NCBI GenBank assembly: GCA_026398735.1
Contig: JAPLSH010000014.1
Coordinates: 145,697-209,696 of the forward strand
From: Pseudomonadota bacterium
GTDB taxonomy: Bacteria > Pseudomonadota > Gammaproteobacteria > Steroidobacterales > Steroidobacteraceae
Direction: 5' to 3'
Length of the DNA stretch: 64,000 bases
This document shows positions 55,868 through 64,000 of this stretch, in pieces (position 1 is the stretch's first letter; the number at the start of each line of letters is the position of its first letter). Both the position numbers and the translations under genes were made by a program. Below the pieces are notes generated by a model. The model saw nothing but the letters and a program-made list of their open reading frames with translations, did no database searches and was not told where the DNA came from.

Positions 55868-56290
55868 ATGAACGTCTGTCCGGACTCCACCCGTTCTCGT
55901 CATCGTGGCGGCGCTACGCTGCTGGGCGTGCTGCTGAGCCTGGTGCTGAGCGTCGCGCTGGCGCTGTTTGCCGTGCCTGCTTGGCAGGCGCATCGACTGC
56001 GTCTGCATCGTGTGGATGCGCGCACCGAGTTGATCAGTACGGCGCAGCGTTTGGCTGCCTGCTTTGAGCGTTTGCAGGCCTACGACAACCCGGCCTGCAC
56101 GGTGAGCCTGCCGGCGGCCGTGGCCGACAACACCTATCAGTTGCAGGGCACGGTGGAGCACGGTGCATTCAAGTTGACCGCGCATCCCGTGGGTGAACAA
56201 GCGGCCGATGCGGATTGCGGTGACTTCCAGTTGGACAACGCCGGTAAGCGCAGCGTCAGTGGTGTGTTGCCCGCCAAAGAGTGTTGGTGA
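55868..56290 (+). CDS. PilE-like pilin paralogue on the opposite strand, with a degenerate prepilin leader
   Basis: MNVCPDSTRSRHRGG|ATLLGVLLSLVL (no Phe+1; Gly instead of Glu+5). C-terminal DCGDFQLDNAGKRSVSG..KECW as in PilE. Start is ATG 55868 or TTG 55826. Confidence 0.6.
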   Translation: MNVCPDSTRSRHRGGATLLGVLLSLVLSVALALFAVPAWQAHRLRLHRVDARTELISTAQRLAACFERLQAYDNPACTVSLPAAVADNTYQLQGTVEHGAFKLTAHPVGEQAADADCGDFQLDNAGKRSVSGVLPAKECW

Positions 56291-56776
56291 TCAGTCGCAG
56301 CTGCGGGTTGTAAGGCGCTGCAGTCTGGGCCGTCCGGTTTCACTGATGATGACTTGCTGTGCGCGTCCGCGTGCAGCCACATCGCATAGCGTCAGCGTGA
56401 GGGTGGTGCCCGAGCGGGGCAGCGGATACCACGTGGCAGCCGTACGCGTCGCCAGCAGTTGTGTGCCCGGCGCCAAACGATCATGACGCAGCAACACCGG
56501 CACGCTATCCAGCGTCCAAGTGGCCCATCCGGGCGCGCTGGCCGGTCTAGTCAGGCAGTGCCCGTTGGCATCGGCCAGGCACAGCCTGGTTGCCACACCG
56601 CGCGTCAGTGCCGCGGTTCGCGCTTGGTGGGCGGATTGCAGCAAGCGGTCGGCGGTGGTGGCCAGTTGCAGGTCGGCGCGCAGCGCGGCAAAGCCCGGCA
56701 CGGTGATGCCGGCAAGTATCGCCAGCAGGCTCATCACCAGCAGTAGTTCGATCAGGGTATGGCCGTCAGCACGCAT
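56291..56776 (-). CDS. fimT: GspH/FimT family minor pilin
   Basis: MRADG|HTLIELLLVMSLLAILAGITVPGF. 161 aa. Confidence 0.75.
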   Translation of the reverse strand: MRADGHTLIELLLVMSLLAILAGITVPGFAALRADLQLATTADRLLQSAHQARTAALTRGVATRLCLADANGHCLTRPASAPGWATWTLDSVPVLLRHDRLAPGTQLLATRTAATWYPLPRSGTTLTLTLCDVAARGRAQQVIISETGRPRLQRLTTRSCD

Positions 56777-56897
56777 TACCGCAGCCTGCGGCAGCCTCTT
56801 GTAGGCGGGCCACCTGGCTATTTGCGGTGATTGGCGGGTAAGGGCGCTTGCCTGCTGCTGTGACGCATGGCACTGGCCTAGCGGGCCCCGTTTCCCC

Positions 56898-56911
56898 TAG
56901 AATGCGCGACC
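56898..56911 (+). promoter_or_regulatory. -10 element plus GC-rich discriminator in front of tRNA-Thr
   Basis: TAGAATGCGCGACC, identical to the rplU promoter 14-mer. It ends 2 nt before the mature tRNA 5' end. The -35 is weak (CTGGCC). Confidence 0.4.
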
Positions 56912-56913
56912 CC

Positions 56914-56989
56914 GCCGGAGTAGCTCAGTTGGTAGAGCACGTCATTCGTAATGATGGGGTCGTAGGTTCGATTCCTATCTCCGGCACCA
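56914..56989 (+). tRNA. tRNA-Thr (anticodon CGT)
   Basis: Hand-folded: GCCGGAG/CTCCGGC acceptor, anticodon stem CGTCA/TGATG, loop TTCGTAA, T-arm GTAGG-TTCGATT-CCTAT, encoded CCA. 76 nt. Confidence 0.95.
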
Positions 56990-57000
56990 CTTGATCCCCA

Positions 57001-57030
57001 AAGGCCGCCCTCAACAGGCGGCCTTTTTTG
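57001..57030 (+). terminator. intrinsic terminator after tRNA-Thr
   Basis: AAGGCCGCC-CTCAACA-GGCGGCCTT followed by a T-run (GGCCTTTTTTG). Confidence 0.8.
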
Positions 57031-57097
57031 TGGGTCGGTTCCGGGCACGGGTGCTGCTACGCTGTGCCCCTGCTGAGCAGGGTGGGGGGGTCGGTGC

Positions 57098-58717
57098 ATG
57101 AAGTCCGAGTTCGATTACATCGTCGTGGGGTCTGGCTCGGCCGGCGCTGCTTTGGCTACGCGCCTGACCGAGGACCCTGCCGTGCGCGTGTTGCTGCTGG
57201 AGGCCGGCCCGCGCGACCGTCATCCGCTGCAGGTGATGCCGCTGGCCTTTATTAAGGTGGCGCTGGGCCGCTTCGGCACTTGGCAATACAAGACCGAGCC
57301 CGAGCCCTACCTCAATGGCCGGCGCCTCGATCTGCCGCGCGGTCGTGTGCTGGGTGGCTCGTCGTCGATCAACGCGATGATCGCCATCCGCGGACCACGC
57401 GAGGACTTTGACCGTTGGGCACGGATGGGTGCGACGGGTTGGGACTATGACTCCGTGTTGCCGTATTTTCGCCGGCTCGAGACTCACTGGCGCGGCGCCA
57501 GTGACCTGCATGGTGGCGACGGCCCGGTGCGCGTGACGCGACCCGAGAGTCCCGCGCTGTTATGGGAGCCGGTGCGCGATGCGGCACTGGCGGCGGGGTA
57601 TCCGCTGTGCGAAGACCCCAACGGCCCTGAGTACGATGGTGTGTCGCGTATCGAGTCCACCATCGGCGACGGCCAGCGCTCCAGTGTGGCGCGCGCGTAT
57701 CTGCGATCGGTGATGCACCGCAGCAATTTGGTGATCCGCACTGACGCACTGACACACCGCGTGTTGATCGCCAACGGCCGTGCCACCGGCGTGCAGTATC
57801 ACTGCGACGGCCAGTTGCAGACGGCCCACGCGCAGCGCGAAGTGGTGGTGTGTGGTGGCGCCTACAACACGCCGCAGCTGCTGATGCTCTCGGGCATTGG
57901 TCCCGCCGATGAACTGCGCGCCCTGGGCATTGAGCCGGTAGTGGATTTGCCGGGCGTGGGTCGCAACCTGAGCGATCATCCGAATATCCTTAATGAATAC
58001 GAACTGCGCGAGCACATCGGTCTGACGCCTTATCTGCGTATGGATCGTGCCGCTTTTAATGCAGCGCGTTGGTTCGTGGATCATGGCGGGCCGATGGCCT
58101 ATGCCGGCTCAACAGCTAATGTGTTTGTGCGTTCGTTGCCGGGCTTGCCACAGCCAGACTTGCAGCTCACTTGCCTGCCGGTGAGCAATCACGCCAAGTT
58201 GTGGACGCCGCTGTTGCAGCGAAAACCCACTGCGCGGCTCACGGTGCGCATTGGTCACTTGCAGCCGCGCTCGCGCGGTTGGGTCAAGCTGCGTTCGACC
58301 AATCCGGCCGATGCGCCGCTGATCCAGATGAATGTGTTCCAAGATCCTTATGATCTGGAAGCGATGGTGCGCGGGCTCAAGCTCAGCCGTGAACTGTTTA
58401 AGCAGTCACCGTTGCGCGACATGATCCGCAACGAGATGCTGCCGGGCCCTGGCAACGAGGACGATGCGGCGATCCGCGAGCATCTACGTGCTAATGCGGG
58501 GCATCGGTCGCATCCGGTGGGCACTTGTCGCATGGGTGTGGATGCAGACGCTGTGGTGGATCCGCAGCTGCGCGTACGCGGCGTTGAGGCGCTGCGTGTG
58601 GTTGATGCATCGGTGATGCCCGATGTCACCAGTGGCAACACCAATCTGCCTACGATCATGATCGGCGAGCGCGCGGCGGATTTGATTCGGGGCCGCACGC
58701 TGGGCCCGCAGTCATGA
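57098..58717 (+). CDS. GMC family oxidoreductase (choline/alcohol dehydrogenase-like)
   Basis: DYIVVGSGSAGAALATRL, GGSSSINAM, C-terminal HPVGTCRMG. Confidence 0.9.
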   Translation: MKSEFDYIVVGSGSAGAALATRLTEDPAVRVLLLEAGPRDRHPLQVMPLAFIKVALGRFGTWQYKTEPEPYLNGRRLDLPRGRVLGGSSSINAMIAIRGPREDFDRWARMGATGWDYDSVLPYFRRLETHWRGASDLHGGDGPVRVTRPESPALLWEPVRDAALAAGYPLCEDPNGPEYDGVSRIESTIGDGQRSSVARAYLRSVMHRSNLVIRTDALTHRVLIANGRATGVQYHCDGQLQTAHAQREVVVCGGAYNTPQLLMLSGIGPADELRALGIEPVVDLPGVGRNLSDHPNILNEYELREHIGLTPYLRMDRAAFNAARWFVDHGGPMAYAGSTANVFVRSLPGLPQPDLQLTCLPVSNHAKLWTPLLQRKPTARLTVRIGHLQPRSRGWVKLRSTNPADAPLIQMNVFQDPYDLEAMVRGLKLSRELFKQSPLRDMIRNEMLPGPGNEDDAAIREHLRANAGHRSHPVGTCRMGVDADAVVDPQLRVRGVEALRVVDASVMPDVTSGNTNLPTIMIGERAADLIRGRTLGPQS

Positions 58718-59067
58718 GTAGCGCGACAACCGAAGCGGTCATTCGCCATCACTTGGCTGCCTCGGCTGCGGCTGATCTTGAAGCGGTGATGTTTGACTAT
58801 GCGGACGATGCAGTGGTCATCTCGCCGGCCAGCGTCTTGCGTGGCGCAGCAGAAATTCGTACCTTTTTTGCGCAGTTCTTTCGTGATGCCGCGCATCTTG
58901 CGGCCGGGTTGCAGTTGCAGCAGCTGGTGGTCGAGGGCGAGGTGGCCTACATCATGTTCATCATGGGCGATGGGTCTGACTATCGCATGCAGTGCTCCGA
59001 CACCTACGTGCTGCGCGGCGGCAAGATTGCAGTGCAGACAGTGATCAGCGTGCCTTTGCAAAAATAG
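58714..59067 (+). CDS. NTF2/SnoaL-like small protein
   Basis: 117 aa, cone-fold-like pattern. ATGA overlap with the GMC gene. Family call moderate. Confidence 0.55.
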   Translation: MSSATTEAVIRHHLAASAAADLEAVMFDYADDAVVISPASVLRGAAEIRTFFAQFFRDAAHLAAGLQLQQLVVEGEVAYIMFIMGDGSDYRMQCSDTYVLRGGKIAVQTVISVPLQK

Positions 59068-59113
59068 ACGCGCGATCGGTCGGCGAATAAAAGAACAACA
59101 TGCTGGGGGAACC

Positions 59114-60709
59114 ATGTCGGAAGTACAGACGGATCTGGATGCGATCGTCGTGGGTGCGGGCTTTGGTGGGCTATATATGCTGCACCGGCTGCACCGCTTG
59201 GGCCTTAAGGCGCGCATTGTCGAGAAGGCTGGCGGCGTGGGCGGCACCTGGTACTGGAACAGCTACCCCGGTGCGCGCTGCGACATCGAGAGCCTGCAGT
59301 ACTCCTACAAGTTCGATGAAGCCTTGCAACAAGAATGGGTGTGGAGTGAGCGCTATGCCACAGGCGTTGAGATCCTGCGCTATCTGAACCACGTGTGCGA
59401 TCGCTTCAACTTACGCCGCGACATTCAGTTCAATGCCTGTGTGGTGTCTGCGGTGTATGACGAAGCCGGTAGCTTCTGGACCGTGACTCTAGAGAGCGGG
59501 CAGACCTTGACCGCCCGCTATCTGATCTCGGCCAGCGGTGTGCTGTCTTCGGCCAACATGCCCAACATTGCCGGGCGCGACAGCTTTGCAGGCGCTGTTT
59601 TGCATACGGGCAACTGGCCGCGTGACGGCTATGACTTTGCGGGTAAGCGGGTGGCGGTGATTGGTACCGGTTCATCGGGTATCCAGGTCATGCCCGAGAT
59701 TGCCAAGCAGGCGGCGCAGGTCACCGTGTTTCAGCGCACGGCCGCGTATACGATCCCGGCGCGCAATGCGCCGCTAGATCCTGCGGTGCAGGCCGCCATT
59801 AAGGCTGACTATCGCGGTTATCGGGAGCGTTGGGGTCGTATGCCGCTGGCCGCAGAGTTTGAACACCGCAATGTGTCGGCTCTGACAGATCCGCCCGAGT
59901 CGGCGCGCGCCGAAATGGAAGCGCGCTGGGCCAAGGGGGGGGTGTCGTTTGGTGCTGCCTTCTCTGACTTGATGATGAACAGCGAAGCCAACAAGGTGGC
60001 TGCTGAGTTTGTGCGCGAGAAGATTCGCGCCACGGTCAAAGACCCGGCAACGGCCGAGGCGTTGAGCCCGAAGCAATTGTTTGGCTGCAAGCGTGTGTGT
60101 CTCGACAGTGACTACTACGCTACCTACAACCAGCCCCATGTGTCGCTGGTCAATCTTGCATGTGGCGGCATAGACCGCATCGTGCCCGAAGGCATTGTGG
60201 TCGCAGGCAAGACCTATGCCTGTGATGCCATCGTGTTTGCCACGGGCTTTGATGCGCTGACCGGTTCGCTGCTGCGCATGGGCATTCGTGGCAAGGGCGG
60301 ACAATCACTGGCTGACAAATGGGCAGCCGGTGCGCGCACCTATCTGGGCGTCCAGACCCAGGGCTTCCCCAATCTGTTTATGGTGACCGGCCCGCAGAGC
60401 CCCTCGGTGTTCACCAACATGGTTCCTGCTATCGAGCAGGACGTGGATTTTATTGCCGACTGCTTGGCCTATTTAAAAGCGAAGGGTCTGCACAGCATTG
60501 AAGCGCAGGCCGAGGCCGAAGACGCTTGGGTCAAGCATGTGGGTGCTGTGGCTGAATCCACGCTGTACACCAGCTGCAACTCCTGGTATCTGGGCGCCAA
60601 CATTCCCGGTAAGCCGCGCGTGTTTCTGGCACACATTGGCTTTCCAAACTACGTCGATAAATGCACCGAGGTTGCGGCCAAGGGCTATGAGGGTTTTGCG
60701 CTGTTATGA
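59114..60709 (+). CDS. Baeyer-Villiger (type I flavin-containing) monooxygenase
   Basis: GAGFGG and GTGSSG Rossmann motifs. BVMO fingerprint FAGAVLHTGNWP (FxGxxxHxxxW[PD]). Confidence 0.85.
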   Translation: MSEVQTDLDAIVVGAGFGGLYMLHRLHRLGLKARIVEKAGGVGGTWYWNSYPGARCDIESLQYSYKFDEALQQEWVWSERYATGVEILRYLNHVCDRFNLRRDIQFNACVVSAVYDEAGSFWTVTLESGQTLTARYLISASGVLSSANMPNIAGRDSFAGAVLHTGNWPRDGYDFAGKRVAVIGTGSSGIQVMPEIAKQAAQVTVFQRTAAYTIPARNAPLDPAVQAAIKADYRGYRERWGRMPLAAEFEHRNVSALTDPPESARAEMEARWAKGGVSFGAAFSDLMMNSEANKVAAEFVREKIRATVKDPATAEALSPKQLFGCKRVCLDSDYYATYNQPHVSLVNLACGGIDRIVPEGIVVAGKTYACDAIVFATGFDALTGSLLRMGIRGKGGQSLADKWAAGARTYLGVQTQGFPNLFMVTGPQSPSVFTNMVPAIEQDVDFIADCLAYLKAKGLHSIEAQAEAEDAWVKHVGAVAESTLYTSCNSWYLGANIPGKPRVFLAHIGFPNYVDKCTEVAAKGYEGFALL

Positions 60710-61974
60710 GTAATCTGTCTTTGCGTATTGCGATTGTGGGTGGTGGCATCGTGGGTCTGACTGCCGCGCTGAGTTTGGCGCGCGTGGGCTTTAAACCAGT
60801 GGTCTATGAGGCAGTGCGTAAGCCACAGCCGCTGGGTGTAGGCATCAATGTGCTGCCGCATGCGGTGCGTGAGATGGCCGAGCTTGGGCTGCTGGATAAG
60901 TTGGTCAAGCTCGGTGTGCCCATCACCGATCTGGTGTATCGCATGGCCGATGGCCGCATGGTCTGGCACGAGCCGCGAGGTCTGCAGGCCGGGTATGGCT
61001 GGCCGCAGGTGGCTGTGCATCGCGGTCGACTGCAAATGATGTTGATCGAGGAAGTGCAGGCGGCGCTGGGCCCGGATGCGATTCACTTCAATCATGCTCT
61101 GTCAGATCTGCAGCTTACGCAGCAGGGCGCAACGCTGCAGTTTGTGGACCGTGAAAGCGGCGCTGCTTTGGGCACTGTCGACGCGGATCTGGTGATTGGC
61201 ACCGACGGCATCCACTCTGCGGTGCGCAAGCACTTTTATCCCAACGAAGGCATCCCCAAGTGGAGTGGTGTGTCGTTGTTTAGAGGCACCACCGTGTTAC
61301 CTGCGGGGCAGGTGGGTGCGCTGATGCACTGGACTGGTCATTCGCGACAGAAGTTCGCCGGCTATCCAATTTCTATAGATCCGCATAGCGGCGAGATCCT
61401 CTTCAACTGGATCTGTGATCTGCGTACGGCAGAGCCAGGTTCAACGCCTCGCGAGGACTGGAACTATCGCGTTGAGCGCGCACCGCTGTTACCGCGTTAT
61501 CAGAACTGGCAGTGGACCGGCATCGATGTGCCTGCCATTGTTGCAGCGGCCAGCGAAGTGTTTGAGTTCCCCATGGTAGATCGCGATCCGTTGCCACAGT
61601 GGACGCACGGTCGTGTCACGTTGGCAGGCGATGCTGCTCACCCCATGTATCCGATCGGATCTAACGGCGCGACGCAGGGCATCCTTGATGCGCGAGCACT
61701 GGCGTTTCATCTGGCCACGCAGCCTGATGTGGATGCGGCTTTGGCTGCCTATGAGAAAGATCGTCGCGAGGCTACCAGTCGTATTGTGCTGACTAATCGT
61801 GCACACGGCCCCGACAAAGTGCTGGAAATTGCCGCGGCGCGTGCGGCTGATTCAGCCACGGATTTAGAGACAGTGTTTCCGATGGCAGAGCGTGCGCAGA
61901 TCGCCCAGGACTACAAACTCATCGCGGGCTTTGATCCACAGTTACTCAACGCACGGCGCAGCTATACGCCCTGA
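60706..61974 (+). CDS. FAD-dependent aromatic-ring hydroxylase-like monooxygenase
   Basis: IAIVGGGIVGLTAAL, DLVIGTDGIHSAVR, VTLAGDAAHPMYPIGSNGATQGILDA. ATGA overlap with the BVMO gene. Confidence 0.85.
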   Translation: MSNLSLRIAIVGGGIVGLTAALSLARVGFKPVVYEAVRKPQPLGVGINVLPHAVREMAELGLLDKLVKLGVPITDLVYRMADGRMVWHEPRGLQAGYGWPQVAVHRGRLQMMLIEEVQAALGPDAIHFNHALSDLQLTQQGATLQFVDRESGAALGTVDADLVIGTDGIHSAVRKHFYPNEGIPKWSGVSLFRGTTVLPAGQVGALMHWTGHSRQKFAGYPISIDPHSGEILFNWICDLRTAEPGSTPREDWNYRVERAPLLPRYQNWQWTGIDVPAIVAAASEVFEFPMVDRDPLPQWTHGRVTLAGDAAHPMYPIGSNGATQGILDARALAFHLATQPDVDAALAAYEKDRREATSRIVLTNRAHGPDKVLEIAAARAADSATDLETVFPMAERAQIAQDYKLIAGFDPQLLNARRSYTP

Positions 61975-61991
61975 CAGAGTCGGAGAGGTTC

Positions 61992-64000
61992 ATGAAAATC
62001 AGCATTGGCAGCTTGTTGCTTGGTTTGAGTCTGGGCAGTGCGGCAATCGCCCACGCCCAAGTGATTGGTGCTCCCGGTGGCACCGGTCCTTTGCCCGCTG
62101 TGGTCGAACGCGTTGCGGCCTTGCCGCAGCACACGCTGTATCGCCCGGTGAAGCTGCCGTCTACGCCGCTGCCGGTGCTGGTCTGGGGTAATGGTGCCTG
62201 CCGAGGTAATGGTCTTGCTTACGAGACATTTCTTAAGCAGATCGCATCACAAGGTTATGTGGTCATCGCGGTTGGATCGCCGCTTGCAAGTCGCGATCAG
62301 GAGCTTGCACAACAGGCGCGCGAAGCTAACGCTGCGGCGCCAGTACCCCCACAGAGTGTGCGGCAACCCACTCCCGATGAGACTCAGTCTGCGCAGTTGC
62401 TGGAAGCCATCGACTGGGTAGTGCGGGAGAACACGCGAGAGGGCAGCCCGTTGCGCGGGCATATCAGTGCCACGAAGGTGGCTGTCGCGGGCCATAGTTG
62501 TGGCGGCTTGCAGGCGCTGGCTGTTTCTACTGATCCGCGTGTGCGGACTACCTTGGTGCTCAACAGTGGCATCTATATCAGGCCGGGCAGTGGGCTTAGC
62601 GGCGTGCAACTCGACAAATCGCATTTGGCCCGATTGCATGGGCCGATGCTCTACCTCTCTGGAGGTCCTGGCGACATTGCCCACGTCAATGCGCTGGACG
62701 ATGTGTCACGCATCAATCATGTGCCGGTGTTTCATGCTTGGTTGCCGGTAGGCCACGGCGGCACGTTCAATGCACCACAGTTAGACGGTGGTGATTGGGC
62801 GCGCGTGACGGCGCGCTGGCTTGATTGGACGCTCAAGGGAAGCGCTGATGCTAGCTGGGATTTTGCGGGTCCGGCCTGCCGGTTGTGTGTAGATGACCGG
62901 TGGCACATCACACAAAAGAATATCGGCTTGCCCACAGGCCCGTTGCGCCAGTCACTTTATGTGACGGTTCGGGACGGCACGCGTTTGGCTATGCATATCT
63001 ACCGACCTGCAGTGGGCGGAAAGCCAGTGCAGACCTCGATGCCGGTGATCTTCTCATTCACGCCTTATCGCGCGCGCTTTTATGGGCCATCGGGGGACAT
63101 CAACGAGCTGGCGCAGTTCGGCAGCTTTGGTGTGAAGGACCTTACGGATAAGGGTTATGTGATTGCCATTGCCGACATTCGTGGCAAGGGTGCTTCATTT
63201 GGTGCGCGGCGTGGCTTTCAGGATCGCACCGAAGCACTGGATGGCTATGACTTGGTGCAGTGGCTGAGCCGTCAGCCTTGGGGCAGTGACAAGGTCGGCA
63301 TGCTTGGCTGTTCATACCTAGGTGGCACCACCACACAGGTGGCCAGCACCGCTCCGCCTGCATTGAAGGCTATCTTTACGGGCGCCACGGACTTGGACAA
63401 ATTTGCCTTTGTTCGTCGCGGTGGGATCACAGCGCAATTTAATACGCGACCGGATGAGCCTCTGACCGACGATTTAGCCAGCGTGCCGGTTGATGAAGAT
63501 CCTCAAGGCATCCTGATGCGCGCTGCAGTGGCGCAGCATGCGGGCAACACGCCGATGGCACCGCTGTGGTACGGCATGCCCTATCGCGACAGTCTGTCTG
63601 CATTGACCGGTACGCGCTTTTGGCAGGAGGTGGCGCTGTACGGCTATCTGGACACCATCCGCAAGGCCGGCATCGCCACCTACTTCTGGGGCAACTGGCA
63701 GGATGAGCCGACCGAGCAGGTGATGCAGTGGTCGGCCAACCTCAAGTCCAAGCTGATCGTGGGCCCCGGCAGTCATTGCGTCGCTCCACCAGACATGGAT
63801 TTTGCCGGCGAGATTCGCCGCTACTTTGATCATCATTTGCAGGGCAAAGACACTGGTTTGTACCGCGAGCCGCGAGTGCGTTATTGGGTCGATAACAGCG
63901 CAACAGGCAAGGCCTGGCAGCGCAGTGAGCAAGAGCCTGGCGTTGGCGTGACGCGTACGCGCCTGTATCTGGGTGCTGGTTCGACGCTGACCGCATCCGC
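61992..64000 (+). CDS. secreted fusion protein: cutinase/dienelactone-hydrolase-like alpha/beta hydrolase plus CocE/NonD (S15) hydrolase; 3' end beyond the window
   Basis: Absent from the ORF track. Hand translation from ATG 61992 (GGAGAGG upstream) has no stop through 64000. Signal peptide MKISIGSLLLGLSLGSAAIAHA. First nucleophile elbow GHSCGG (Ser codon 62496-98). Second domain YVTVRDGTRLAMHIYRP...GMLGCSYLGG (Ser codon 63312-14). Confidence 0.75.
   Translation, partial: MKISIGSLLLGLSLGSAAIAHAQVIGAPGGTGPLPAVVERVAALPQHTLYRPVKLPSTPLPVLVWGNGACRGNGLAYETFLKQIASQGYVVIAVGSPLASRDQELAQQAREANAAAPVPPQSVRQPTPDETQSAQLLEAIDWVVRENTREGSPLRGHISATKVAVAGHSCGGLQALAVSTDPRVRTTLVLNSGIYIRPGSGLSGVQLDKSHLARLHGPMLYLSGGPGDIAHVNALDDVSRINHVPVFHAWLPVGHGGTFNAPQLDGGDWARVTARWLDWTLKGSADASWDFAGPACRLCVDDRWHITQKNIGLPTGPLRQSLYVTVRDGTRLAMHIYRPAVGGKPVQTSMPVIFSFTPYRARFYGPSGDINELAQFGSFGVKDLTDKGYVIAIADIRGKGASFGARRGFQDRTEALDGYDLVQWLSRQPWGSDKVGMLGCSYLGGTTTQVASTAPPALKAIFTGATDLDKFAFVRRGGITAQFNTRPDEPLTDDLASVPVDEDPQGILMRAAVAQHAGNTPMAPLWYGMPYRDSLSALTGTRFWQEVALYGYLDTIRKAGIATYFWGNWQDEPTEQVMQWSANLKSKLIVGPGSHCVAPPDMDFAGEIRRYFDHHLQGKDTGLYREPRVRYWVDNSATGKAWQRSEQEPGVGVTRTRLYLGAGSTLTAS

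Noticed and set aside
54447-56200. Long N-terminal extensions of the pilW (to 55772) and pilV (to 56200) ORFs in the track.
   Set aside because: The extensions are Arg/Gln-rich junk. Canonical prepilin leaders (G|FSLPELL, G|SSLIEAL) follow internal ATGs at 55322 and 55750, which also give the usual 4-nt gene overlaps. The same reasoning trimmed 21310-22476, 32009-33913, 37223-38269, 46701-47780 and 11450-12451.

Overview
Visibly GC-rich chromosome segment (GC not computed). Gene order suggests a Xanthomonadales-type gammaproteobacterium. The core is a housekeeping block at about 42.0-52.1 kb: ispB, rplU-rpmA-obg, rpsT, murJ-ribF-ileS-lspA-ispH. It is bracketed by tRNA-Pro(CGG) and tRNA-Thr(CGT), and a type IV pilus minor-pilin cluster (pilE-pilY1-pilX-pilW-pilV, an inverted pilE-like gene, fimT) sits between ispH and tRNA-Thr. 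The rest is accessory metabolism and envelope genes: SDRs, an FMN dehydrogenase, pirin, a Gly-rich RRM protein, a carotenoid oxygenase, a quinohaemoprotein alcohol dehydrogenase coupled to hemF, a TPP enzyme with an IclR regulator, a TonB-dependent receptor, M1 and M20 peptidases, ABC-FtsX-DUF3299, NfeD-SPFH, and a GMC/Baeyer-Villiger cluster. No CRISPR array, IS element, integrase or prophage gene was seen. The best candidate for an undescribed system is the five-gene, apparently fully exported operon at 17.4-22.2 kb. It encodes an unknown protein, a Tat flavin amine oxidase, a dihaem cytochrome c, a secreted RidA and a secreted M20D amidohydrolase, and lies divergent from a TonB-dependent receptor. 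It reads like a periplasmic NicA2/CycN-style amine dehydrogenase pathway for an unknown substrate, and its cytochrome gene carries a frame break. Secondary candidates are an NfeD-SPFH operon with a third unknown gene, a signal-peptide-bearing fusion of two alpha/beta hydrolases that the ORF track omits (61992 to the window end), and an inverted, degenerate pilin gene inside the minor-pilin cluster. Starts that differ from the ORF track, and the motif and hairpin coordinates I cite, were indexed by hand on the sequence. Family names rest on recognised motifs, not on searches.
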